Sequence record: MZ502379.1
DNA: 64,000 bases
Strand: one strand, 5' to 3'
Origin: Escherichia phage vB_EcoM_Shinka
In this document: piece by piece, positions 9,841 to 19,197 of the stretch
How positions within the stretch are numbered: the first letter of the stretch is position 1
Layout: every line of letters starts with the position of its first letter
Notes under the pieces: model-generated
Database searches by the model: none
What the model was told of the DNA's origin: nothing
Seen by the model: only the letters and a program-made list of their open reading frames with translations
Position numbers and translations under genes: made by a program

Positions 9841-10466
9841 TATAGTAACTCAAAGAACTCTTTGAGGCCTCTTATTACGTGAGCATGGGTTTTTCCACAC
9901 TCTGGACACTTAATTGGAACAGCCAAATAAACAGTAGGCTTTAAAAGCATATCTTTTATAGCTACAATATCTGACTCTGTGATGATAGAATATAAATCTT
10001 CCAGTTCTTTTTCATTTAAGTCTTCAACTGGAATGCTTTCCCCGTTAGCATGAATCGTTTCTATACATGATACTATCATGTGGGCTATATTTTTATCATC
10101 AAAAATTTTAGGGTAATGGAATTTAATTTTAATGTCACCCAGTGTATACCAGAGGTCTTCTGGTGCATCTATTTGTGTATGTAATAGATTTATATGGGTT
10201 GGTATTTCAGTTCCACAGGTGCACTTCCAGGAGTTTTCGTGATTAACTTCTCCGAGAGAATGTGCCCATAAATGAATCAACAATAGTTCTGATTCTTGGC
10301 GGTTTAAATCTTTTGCATTTGTGCAGTCTTTGATTAGCTTTTTAACAATTACTTCTACGGAACCATTATTTTTGGCAGTAATAAGTTCTAGATATTCTTT
10401 AAGAGTAAATGCGCGACAATTGATTATTTTAGAACCAACTCTCACATCAAATTTGTATTCATACAT
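9840..10466 (-). CDS. 26: baseplate hub protein gp26
   Basis: 208-aa ORF divergent from gene 51. Confidence 0.9.
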   Translation of the reverse strand: MYEYKFDVRVGSKIINCRAFTLKEYLELITAKNNGSVEVIVKKLIKDCTNAKDLNRQESELLLIHLWAHSLGEVNHENSWKCTCGTEIPTHINLLHTQIDAPEDLWYTLGDIKIKFHYPKIFDDKNIAHMIVSCIETIHANGESIPVEDLNEKELEDLYSIITESDIVAIKDMLLKPTVYLAVPIKCPECGKTHAHVIRGLKEFFELL

Positions 10467-10488
10467 ATTTTAGCTCCTTTATTTATCA

Positions 10489-10500
10489 TATTTATAAATA
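10489..10500. promoter_or_regulatory. divergent overlapping late promoters for genes 26 and 51
   Basis: TATTTATAAATA holds TATAAATA on both strands between divergent starts. Confidence 0.6.
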
Positions 10501-10517
10501 GAATAAAAGGAGCATCT

Positions 10518-11267
10518 ATGGCAAACATTATTCGTTGTAAATTACCAGATGGTGTTCATCGTTTTAAACCATTTACGGTAGAAGATTATCGAGATTTTTT
10601 GTTAGTTCGAAACGATATAGAACATCGGTCACCACAAGAACAAAAAGAAATAATTACTGATTTAATTGATGATTATTTTGGAGACTATCCGAAGACTTGG
10701 CAACCATTTATATTTTTGCAGGTATTTGTAGGGTCAATAGGTAAAACTAAAGTACCAGTCACATTCGTATGTCCAAAATGTAAAAAAGAAAAGACAGTTC
10801 CATTTGAAATATATCAAAAAGAATTAAAGGAACCTGTTTTTGATGTAGCTAATGTTAAAATTAAATTAAAGTTTCCTTCTGAGTTTTATGAAAATAAAGC
10901 AAAGATGATTACTGAAAATATTCATTCTGTTCAAGTAAATGAAATATGGTATGATTGGAAGGAAATTAGTGAATCAAGTCAAATAGAACTAGTTGACGCC
11001 ATCGAGATAGAAACATTAGAAAAAATTCTCGATTCAATGAATCCTATTAATTTAACTCTACATATGTCATGCTGTAATAAGTACATTAAAAAATACACTG
11101 ATATAGTAGACGTGTTTAAGCTATTAGTTAACCCAGATGAGATATTTACTTTTTATCAAATTAATCACACACTTGTAAAAAGTAATTATAGCTTAAATTC
11201 AATAATGAAAATGATTCCTGCTGAGCGCGGATTCGTATTAAAACTGATTGAGAAGGATAAACAATAA
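10518..11267 (+). CDS. 51: baseplate hub assembly catalyst gp51
   Basis: 249-aa ORF, T4 gp51 length. Confidence 0.9.
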   Translation: MANIIRCKLPDGVHRFKPFTVEDYRDFLLVRNDIEHRSPQEQKEIITDLIDDYFGDYPKTWQPFIFLQVFVGSIGKTKVPVTFVCPKCKKEKTVPFEIYQKELKEPVFDVANVKIKLKFPSEFYENKAKMITENIHSVQVNEIWYDWKEISESSQIELVDAIEIETLEKILDSMNPINLTLHMSCCNKYIKKYTDIVDVFKLLVNPDEIFTFYQINHTLVKSNYSLNSIMKMIPAERGFVLKLIEKDKQ

Positions 11268-12442
11268 TGAGTATGTTGCAACGCCCCGGATATCCAAATC
11301 TCAGCGTTAAATTATTTGATAGCTACGACGCTTGGAGTAATAATAGATTTGTTGAATTAGCTGCTACTATTACCACATTAACTATGCGTGACTCTCTTTA
11401 TGGTCGAAATGAAGGAATGCTACAATTTTATGATTCTAAAAACATCCATACAAAAATGGATGGAAATGAAATAATTCAGATTTCTGTAGCTAATGCAAAC
11501 GATATTAATAATGTTAAAACACGAATTTATGGATGCAAGCATTTTTCCGTGTCAGTAGATTCAAAAGGCGATAACATCATTGCTATTGAATTGGGAACTA
11601 TTCATTCTATAGAAAATCTTAAATTTGGTAGACCGTTTTTCCCTGATGCAGGTGAATCTATAAAAGAAATGCTTGGCGTCATTTATCAAGACCGTACATT
11701 ATTAACTCCAGCGATAAATGCTATAAATGCTTATGTTCCTGATATTCCATGGACTAGCACATTTGAAAACTATTTGTCATATGTCAGAGAAGTTGCTCTA
11801 GCTGTAGGAAGCGACAAATTTGTATTTGTGTGGCAAGACATCATGGGAGTTAACATGATGGACTATGATATGATGATAAATCAAGAACCGTATCCAATGA
11901 TTGTCGGTGAGCCATCTTTAATAGGTCAATTCATCCAAGAATTAAAATATCCATTAGCGTATGATTTCGTTTGGTTGACTAAATCGAATCCTCACAAACG
12001 TGACCCAATGAAAAACGCTACTATCTATGCTCATTCATTTTTAGATTCTTCATTGCCAATGATTACTACAGGAAAGGGCGAAAACTCTATTGTAGTGTCA
12101 AGGTCAGGTGCTTATTCTGAAATGACTTATAGGAATGGATATGAAGAAGCTATTCGTCTTCAAACTATGGCGCAATATGACGGCTATGCTAAATGTTCTA
12201 CTGTCGGTAATTTTAACTTGACTCCTGGTGTTAAAATTATTTTTAATGATAGTAAAAACCAATTTAAAACAGAATTTTACGTTGATGAAGTTATCCATGA
12301 ATTATCCAATAATAATTCAGTAACTCATCTATATATGTTCACTAATGCAACGAAACTGGAAACAATAGACCCAGTTAAGGTTAAAAATGAATTTAAATCT
12401 GATACTACCACTGAAGAAAGTAGTTCTTCCAATAAGCAATAA
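11267..12442 (+). CDS. 27: baseplate hub protein gp27
   Basis: 391-aa ORF, T4 gp27 length. Confidence 0.93.
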   Translation: MSMLQRPGYPNLSVKLFDSYDAWSNNRFVELAATITTLTMRDSLYGRNEGMLQFYDSKNIHTKMDGNEIIQISVANANDINNVKTRIYGCKHFSVSVDSKGDNIIAIELGTIHSIENLKFGRPFFPDAGESIKEMLGVIYQDRTLLTPAINAINAYVPDIPWTSTFENYLSYVREVALAVGSDKFVFVWQDIMGVNMMDYDMMINQEPYPMIVGEPSLIGQFIQELKYPLAYDFVWLTKSNPHKRDPMKNATIYAHSFLDSSLPMITTGKGENSIVVSRSGAYSEMTYRNGYEEAIRLQTMAQYDGYAKCSTVGNFNLTPGVKIIFNDSKNQFKTEFYVDEVIHELSNNNSVTHLYMFTNATKLETIDPVKVKNEFKSDTTTEESSSSNKQ

Positions 12443-12920
12443 AGAAGTTTCTATTCCTAAAATGGGTCTTAAACATTATAACATTTTAAAAGATGTTAAA
12501 GGTCCTGATGAAAATTTAAAACTTCTTATTGATTCTATTTGTCCGAATTTATCACCGGCAGAAGTTGATTTCGTTTCTATTCATTTATTGGAATTTAATG
12601 GAAAGATTAAATCTCGCAAAGAAATAGATGGTTATACTTATGACATTAATGATGTTTATGTATGCCAAAGATTGGAATTTCAATACCAAGGAAATACATT
12701 TTATTTTAGACCGCCTGGAAAATTTGAACAATTTTTAACTGTGAGCGATATGTTATCCAAATGCTTGCTTAAGGTCAATGATGAAGTTAAAGAAATTAAT
12801 TTTCTTGAGATGCCAGCATTCGTTTTAAAATGGGCAAATGACATTTTTACAACTTTAGCAATTCCTGGCCCTAATGGTCCAATAACCGGAATTGGCAATA
12901 TTATTGGATTATTTGAATGA
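12387..12920 (+). CDS. 28: baseplate hub distal protein gp28
   Basis: 177-aa ORF overlapping the gene 27 end. Confidence 0.9.
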   Translation: MNLNLILPLKKVVLPISNKEVSIPKMGLKHYNILKDVKGPDENLKLLIDSICPNLSPAEVDFVSIHLLEFNGKIKSRKEIDGYTYDINDVYVCQRLEFQYQGNTFYFRPPGKFEQFLTVSDMLSKCLLKVNDEVKEINFLEMPAFVLKWANDIFTTLAIPGPNGPITGIGNIIGLFE

Positions 12921-14689
12921 AAAAGCCACAAGAAATGCAAACGATGCGTAGAAAAGTTATTTCAGATAATAAACCAACACAGGAAGCGGCTAAATCCGCT
13001 TCCAATACTTTATCTGGACTTAACGATATATCTACGAAATTGGATGATGCTCAAGCTGCTTCTGAATTAATTGCTCAAACTGTCGAAGAAAAATCGAATG
13101 AAATAATTGGAGCAATTGACAATGTAGAAAGCGCAGTGAGTGATACTACTGCTGGTTCTGAGTTAATTGCTGAAACTGTTGAAATTGGCAACAATATTAA
13201 TAAAGAAATCGGTGAATCGCTCGGGAGTAAATTAGATAAATTAACGAGTTTATTAGAGCAAAAAATTCAGACAGCTGGAATTCAACAAACAGGAACCAGT
13301 TTAGCCACTGTTGAAAGCGCTATTCCTGTTAAAGTTGTTGAGGATGATACAGCTGAATCTGTGGGTCCTTTATTACCGGCTCCTGAAGCAGTTAATAATG
13401 ATCCTGACGCTGATTTTTTCCCTACCCCTCAGCCAGTTGAACCTAAACAAGAATCACCAGAAGAAAAACAGAAAAAAGACGCATTTAACTTAAAATTATC
13501 TCAAGCTTTAGATAAATTAACAAAGACTGTTGATTTTGGATTTAAGAAATCCATTTCAATTACTGATAAAATATCAAGCATGTTATTTAAGTACACCGTC
13601 AGTGCTGCTATTGAAGCTGCTAAAATGACTGCAATGATATTGGCTGTTGTTGTTGGAATAGACCTGTTGATGGTTCATTTTAAATATTGGTCAGATAAAT
13701 TTTCACAGGCTTGGGATTTGTTTAGTACAGACTTTACTAAATTCTCTAGCGAAACCGGAACATGGGGTCCTTTATTACAGAGCATCTTTGGTTCTATCGA
13801 TGAAATTAAAAAATTCTGGGAAGCGGGAGATTGGGGTGGTTTGACGGTAGCTATTGTAGAAGGGCTTGGAAAGGTTCTTTATAATTTAGGTGAACTTATT
13901 CAGCTTGGAATGGCTAAATTATCTGCGGCAATTCTTCGAGTTATTCCTGGTATGAAGGATACCGCTGATGATGTAGAAGGAAGAGCACTAGAAAATTTCC
14001 AAAATACTACAAATGCTTCTCTTAGCAAAGAAGACCAAGAAAAAGTTGCAAATTATCAATATAAAAGAATGAATGGAGAACTTGGTCCGATAGCAAAAGG
14101 ACTAGACAAAATTGCGAACTGGAAAACTCGCGCATCTAACTGGATTCGTGGTGTTGATAATAAAGAAGCACTAACGACTGATGAAGAGAGAGAAGAGGAA
14201 GAAGAAAAATTAAAGCAACTTTCTCCGGAGGAAGCTAAAATTGCTTTAATGAAAGCTAATGAAGCTCGTGCTGCTATGAATCGTTTTGATGAATACGCTA
14301 ATTCGGCTGATATGAGTAAAGATTCAACAGTTAAATCAGTTGAAGCTGCCTATGAAGACCTTAAAAAACGGATGGATGACCCGGATTTAAATAATTCACC
14401 GGCAGTTAAAAAAGAACTTGCTGCTAGATTTTCTAAAATTGATGCTACTTATCAAGAACTAAAGAAAAATCAACCTAATGCCAAACCTGAAACTTCTGCT
14501 AAATCGCCAGAAGCAAAACAAGTCCAGGTAATAGAAAAGAACAAAGCACAGCAAGCTCCTGTTCAACAAGCATCTCCTTCGATCAATAATACTAATAATG
14601 TTATTAAGAAAAATACTGTCGTTCATAATATGACACCTGTTACGAGTACAACTGCTCCCGGTGTATTTGACGCGACTGGAGTTAATTAA
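12917..14689 (+). CDS. 29: baseplate hub / tail tube length determinant gp29
   Basis: 590-aa ORF, T4 gp29 length. Confidence 0.93.
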   Translation: MKKPQEMQTMRRKVISDNKPTQEAAKSASNTLSGLNDISTKLDDAQAASELIAQTVEEKSNEIIGAIDNVESAVSDTTAGSELIAETVEIGNNINKEIGESLGSKLDKLTSLLEQKIQTAGIQQTGTSLATVESAIPVKVVEDDTAESVGPLLPAPEAVNNDPDADFFPTPQPVEPKQESPEEKQKKDAFNLKLSQALDKLTKTVDFGFKKSISITDKISSMLFKYTVSAAIEAAKMTAMILAVVVGIDLLMVHFKYWSDKFSQAWDLFSTDFTKFSSETGTWGPLLQSIFGSIDEIKKFWEAGDWGGLTVAIVEGLGKVLYNLGELIQLGMAKLSAAILRVIPGMKDTADDVEGRALENFQNTTNASLSKEDQEKVANYQYKRMNGELGPIAKGLDKIANWKTRASNWIRGVDNKEALTTDEEREEEEEKLKQLSPEEAKIALMKANEARAAMNRFDEYANSADMSKDSTVKSVEAAYEDLKKRMDDPDLNNSPAVKKELAARFSKIDATYQELKKNQPNAKPETSAKSPEAKQVQVIEKNKAQQAPVQQASPSINNTNNVIKKNTVVHNMTPVTSTTAPGVFDATGVN

Positions 14690-14697
14690 GGAATAAT

Positions 14698-15792
14698 ATG
14701 GCAATTGTTAAAGAAATAACTGCTGATTTAATTAAAAAGTCCGGTGAGAAAATTTCAGCCGGACAGAGTACTAAATCAGAAGTAGGAACTAAAACATACA
14801 CTGCCCAGTTTCCAACTGGGCGTGCTAGTGGTAATGACACTACAGGGGACTTCCAGGTAACAGATCTATATAAGAATGGATTATTATTTACTGCATACAA
14901 TATGTCATCTAGGGATTCTGGAAGTCTTAGATCGATGAGATCTAACTACTCTTCTTCATCTTCGAGTATTTTACGTACAGCCAGAAACACTATCAGTAAT
15001 ACAGTATCAAAACTGTCAAATGGATTAATATCAGATAATAATTCAGGAACAATAAGTAAAGCTCCTGTCGCAAACATTCTTTTACCGAGATCTAAATCTG
15101 ATGTTGATACATCATCGCATAGATTTAATGATGTTCAAGAAAGTCTTATCAGCAGAGGCGGAGGTACTGCTACTGGTGTGCTAAGTAATATTGCTTCAAC
15201 TGCAGTATTTGGAGCACTGGAAAGTATAACACAAGGTATAATGGCTGATAATAATGAACAGATTTATACGACAGCCAGAAGTATGTATGGTGGTGCTGAG
15301 AATAGAACTAAAGTGTTTACATGGGATTTGACTCCACGTTCAACAGAAGATTTAATGGCTATTATTAATATCTATCAATATTTTAACTATTTTTCTTATG
15401 GTGAAACAGGCAAATCTCAATATGCTGCTGAAATAAAGGGGTATTTAGATGATTGGTATCGTTCTACGTTAATTGAACCTTTATCTCCAGAAGACGCAGC
15501 TAAAAATAAAACACTATTTGAGAAAATGACATCGAGTTTAACTAACGTTCTAGTAGTTTCAAACCCGACAATTTGGATGGTGAAAAACTTTGGTGCAACA
15601 TCTAAGTTTGATGGAAAAACGGAAATATTTGGCCCATGCCAAATACAGAGTATCAGATTTGATAAAACACCTAATGGTAACTTTAACGGATTAGCTATTG
15701 CTCCAAACCTCCCTAGTACATTTACTCTCGAGATTACTATGAGAGAAATTATCACGTTAAACCGTGCTTCTTTATATGCGGGGACTTTTTAA
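14698..15792 (+). CDS. 48: baseplate tail tube cap gp48
   Basis: 364-aa ORF, T4 gp48 length. Confidence 0.93.
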   Translation: MAIVKEITADLIKKSGEKISAGQSTKSEVGTKTYTAQFPTGRASGNDTTGDFQVTDLYKNGLLFTAYNMSSRDSGSLRSMRSNYSSSSSSILRTARNTISNTVSKLSNGLISDNNSGTISKAPVANILLPRSKSDVDTSSHRFNDVQESLISRGGGTATGVLSNIASTAVFGALESITQGIMADNNEQIYTTARSMYGGAENRTKVFTWDLTPRSTEDLMAIINIYQYFNYFSYGETGKSQYAAEIKGYLDDWYRSTLIEPLSPEDAAKNKTLFEKMTSSLTNVLVVSNPTIWMVKNFGATSKFDGKTEIFGPCQIQSIRFDKTPNGNFNGLAIAPNLPSTFTLEITMREIITLNRASLYAGTF

Positions 15793-16757
15793 TGTATTCT
15801 TTAGAGGAATTTAATAATCAAGCAATAAACGCAGATTTCCAACGTAATAATATGTTTAGCTGCGTTTTTGCAACAACTCCATCAACTAAAAGCTCTTCGT
15901 TGATAAGTTCAATTAGCAACTTTTCTTATAATAACTTGGGCCTAAATTCAGATTGGTTAGGATTAACTCAAGGTGATATTAATCAGGGAATTACTACGCT
16001 AATTACAGCTGGCACACAAAAACTGATAAGAAAATCAGGAGTCAGTAAATATCTTATTGGTGCCATGAGTCAACGTACAGTTCAAAGTTTATTAGGCTCA
16101 TTTACAGTTGGTACATATTTAATTGACTTCTTTAACATGGCATATAACTCATCTGGATTGATGATATACTCTGTAAAAATGCCAGAGAATAGATTATCCT
16201 ATGAAACTGACTGGAACTATAATTCTCCTAATATTCGTATAACTGGGAGAGAATTAGACCCTTTGGTTATTTCATTCAGAATGGATTCAGAAGCTTGTAA
16301 CTATCGTGCAATGCAAGACTGGGTTAACGCTGTTCAAGACCCAGTAACTGGACTGCGTGCTTTGCCACAAGATGTCGAGGCAGACATTCAGGTTAATCTT
16401 CATGCTCGTAATGGATTACCTCATACTGCTGTGATGTTCACCGGATGCATTCCGGTGTCAGTGAGCGCTCCTGAGTTATCATACGATGGAGATAACCAAA
16501 TAACTACATTTGATGTTACTTTTGCGTATAGAGTCATGCAGGCTGGAGCGGTTGATAGACAAGCTGCGCTTGAGTGGCTTGAATCTGCTACTATAAATGG
16601 CATTCAAAGCGTTCTCGGAAATAGCGGAGGTGTTACTGGACTATCTAATTCGCTTTCACGACTTAGTAGATTAGGAGGAACTGCAGGAAGCATTTCAAAC
16701 ATTAATACTATGACAGGAATTGTCAATTCGCAAAGTAAAATATTAGGAGCAATATAA
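15792..16757 (+). CDS. 54: baseplate tail tube initiator gp54
   Basis: 321-aa ORF, start overlaps the gene 48 stop. Confidence 0.93.
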   Translation: MYSLEEFNNQAINADFQRNNMFSCVFATTPSTKSSSLISSISNFSYNNLGLNSDWLGLTQGDINQGITTLITAGTQKLIRKSGVSKYLIGAMSQRTVQSLLGSFTVGTYLIDFFNMAYNSSGLMIYSVKMPENRLSYETDWNYNSPNIRITGRELDPLVISFRMDSEACNYRAMQDWVNAVQDPVTGLRALPQDVEADIQVNLHARNGLPHTAVMFTGCIPVSVSAPELSYDGDNQITTFDVTFAYRVMQAGAVDRQAALEWLESATINGIQSVLGNSGGVTGLSNSLSRLSRLGGTAGSISNINTMTGIVNSQSKILGAI

Positions 16758-16761
16758 CAAT

Positions 16762-16790
16762 GGGGACCGAAAGGTCCCCATATTTTTATT
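16762..16790 (+). terminator. intrinsic terminator after gene 54
   Basis: GGGGACC-GAAA-GGTCCCC hairpin followed by a T-rich tract. Confidence 0.65.
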
Positions 16791-17076
16791 TACGGAATGA
16801 AATAAAAGCAGCAACTGAAGCAACTAAACTGTCTTCAATATAAACTTCAATTTTTACCGGAGCTTCTGACTCAAATTTACCTGTTACTACACCTTGGAAA
16901 ATGCTTTCAGTCTGTTCTGGCTTTGAAAAATTTTCAGAAGGAAAAATTCCGAACTTTTTATCTGTTCCAAAAATTTTGATAAATTCGTCGTAAACCGCTT
17001 CATTAAAAGCGTTATCAGCAGGAATAACGCCTTCAACTACAAGTTCTTGACCTAAAAAGCGTAAAGAAGATTTCAT
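16786..17076 (-). CDS. hypothetical protein (alt.-3 position)
   Basis: 96-aa ORF with its own early-type promoter and Shine-Dalgarno. Confidence 0.7.
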   Translation of the reverse strand: MKSSLRFLGQELVVEGVIPADNAFNEAVYDEFIKIFGTDKKFGIFPSENFSKPEQTESIFQGVVTGKFESEAPVKIEVYIEDSLVASVAAFISFRK

Positions 17077-17083
17077 TTTGTGT

Positions 17084-17137
17084 TCCTCATGTTATGTCAG
17101 TAAGACTACTATAACACAACACGAGGGACTTGTAAAC
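17084..17137. repeat. 54-bp sequence identical to 33023-33076 (early promoter cassette including the Shine-Dalgarno region)
   Basis: Exact 54/54 match read from the sequence. Confidence 0.85.
17108..17137 (-). promoter_or_regulatory. early-type promoter (GTTTAC -35, extended -10 TGTTATAGT)
   Basis: Minus-strand GTTTACAAGTCCCTCGTGTTGTGTTATAGTAG upstream of the alt.-3-position ORF. Confidence 0.55.
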
Positions 17138-19194
17138 TACATTTTGAACTTTTTAGACATTCCGTTGATGTTAACCAAAGAAGCTAAGATTTGAGAAACT
17201 TCATTTTCCTCTTCTTTTGATTCTTCTACAAGGAATTGATTAAATCCAGCCATTGGACGAACTTCACCAGTTTCCATTAGATGGTCTCCATCATATACTG
17301 ATTCTTCTAATTGTTCAGAAGGAGGAACGATTGTACCTTCGATTAGATACTTGTTATAAGCAGTTTCTTTCATAAAGTACGTACTTACTTTATTAATCTT
17401 CAGTAAAATTCCACGCGGTAGAATAACTTCAGCTTCTGATGGAAATCCTGATAAATGACCTGGAACGATAACTTTGATTCGCTCAGCTCCTTTAATTACC
17501 ATACCCACACTAGTTTCAGCATCTTCATTAGCATATGTAGAATGACTACCCATATGCATCAAATCTTCTGCATCAACGGAACCTTCTCCTTCACCAGAAA
17601 ATACTGCTCCGGAATCATCTAGAGCCATATAGTTTTTACCATGCTCACCGAAGATATTTGGTTTAAGCGATGTGGATACGAAGTTCTTGAAATAGAACAT
17701 TTTGTTTTCAATGTTATGACGCAAAGTTTTAAATGTAACTTCTTGTCCACGGTAAAGTGTAGTTCCTGGAGGAAGAACTGAACCTTTAGCGAATGCAGAA
17801 TCCAACGTCTCGATGTGCTTAATAGCTCGTTCCATATATTCTTCACGGGTAGAATCTGGTTTACCCAAAAGGAACGAGTTCATTTCAACATATGAATCTG
17901 CACAATAATCTTCAATTACATCAGATTCAGCCTGAGTCAGTCCTTTTGGAGCTACTTCGGTGCTTGCGTATTCATATGCCTGGGCAGCAGATTCATTAAT
18001 CAATTTATAAATGCCATTCATGACAAATTGAATAATAGCTGTCTTTTCATCTGGTGTGGTTTTAGAACCTTTAACTAAATCATTAATAATTTTCTTAATA
18101 ACATCAAAGCTATTAGAAATATTAATGTCAGCAAGATCGCTTAAAATTTTATCAGTTTTATAATCAAAGAATTCTTTATTCTTTAAATATTCTTGAGAAC
18201 CTTGATATGTTATATCGCTCTGCAACTTGATAGATGGATCACGTAAACGTGCATGGGCCAATGCAATATGATTTCGGAAGCTTTCTAGTTCATAATCGTT
18301 AGATTTAAAACGAGAAGCACTTCTCATACCACCGATAGCTCCTTTGCTGAAGTTTGAACCAATCTGAATAACGCCAGAGTTCATTGGTCCTTCTGCTTTA
18401 TATACCGGAACTTTAGATTCAAACTCTTGATATTTCTTAGCAGCGAAGCTATCACCCTGAAGTGAAGCATCAACAGTAGAATATTGAGCTTGTGCTGCTA
18501 ATCGACGACTAATTTTAGTTTTCTGAATAACAGCTTGGTCCGTGCGCTTATCATTTTCTAAAGCAATAGAAGCAGCAACAGCGACAGCTTTAGGAACAGC
18601 ATTACCTGTTTTAACATCTACATAAACATCACCGACCTTTGATTCAACTTTTGTGAATAACTCAGTTGAAATAGGAGGTACACCTGGAATGTCTTCTAAA
18701 TTGGCATTTTTACGGTAAACCATAATATATGCGTACTTTTTATCATAGTCCCAGATTTCCTTTAAAAGAACATATCGACCTGCTCCTTTAGTACGTACTA
18801 AACGGTCAGCAATAACTTGCATTTGACGAGCTGCGCCATTTGTTTTACTCTTTAGTACGCGGAATAGGCATGCGTCGATTTTATACTGCTTCATTGTTTG
18901 AAGAGCAGTATCAAAAACAGCATTAATGACGCCAATTGGATTTCCACCCAAGTTTCTAAGCTTAACCAGCGATAATTTCTCGTTGACACCTATCATTACG
19001 ATATGCATCATTTTATCGCCTGGCTTAACGTTTTTATTTGTATCACCACCAGAGGTGTATGTACAAAATCTAAATCCAGGAAGCACGCTTTCTTCGCCGG
19101 CTTGGATAGCAAAAATTTGTGGTATTTTATGCTTAGGATTTAAGTTAACAACCGGCGCCGAAGCGCCGTCAAATAATTCTGTAATAAGTTCCAT
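17137..19194 (-). CDS. ADP-ribosyltransferase Alt paralog (second copy)
   Basis: 685-aa ORF; N-terminal ~200 aa similar to Alt (MELITELFD..., CTYTSGGDTN, KMMHIV); motifs YRGQ, FVSTSL, EAEVILPRG. Confidence 0.85.
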   Translation of the reverse strand: MELITELFDGASAPVVNLNPKHKIPQIFAIQAGEESVLPGFRFCTYTSGGDTNKNVKPGDKMMHIVMIGVNEKLSLVKLRNLGGNPIGVINAVFDTALQTMKQYKIDACLFRVLKSKTNGAARQMQVIADRLVRTKGAGRYVLLKEIWDYDKKYAYIMVYRKNANLEDIPGVPPISTELFTKVESKVGDVYVDVKTGNAVPKAVAVAASIALENDKRTDQAVIQKTKISRRLAAQAQYSTVDASLQGDSFAAKKYQEFESKVPVYKAEGPMNSGVIQIGSNFSKGAIGGMRSASRFKSNDYELESFRNHIALAHARLRDPSIKLQSDITYQGSQEYLKNKEFFDYKTDKILSDLADINISNSFDVIKKIINDLVKGSKTTPDEKTAIIQFVMNGIYKLINESAAQAYEYASTEVAPKGLTQAESDVIEDYCADSYVEMNSFLLGKPDSTREEYMERAIKHIETLDSAFAKGSVLPPGTTLYRGQEVTFKTLRHNIENKMFYFKNFVSTSLKPNIFGEHGKNYMALDDSGAVFSGEGEGSVDAEDLMHMGSHSTYANEDAETSVGMVIKGAERIKVIVPGHLSGFPSEAEVILPRGILLKINKVSTYFMKETAYNKYLIEGTIVPPSEQLEESVYDGDHLMETGEVRPMAGFNQFLVEESKEEENEVSQILASLVNINGMSKKFKM

Positions 19195-19197
19195 GAT

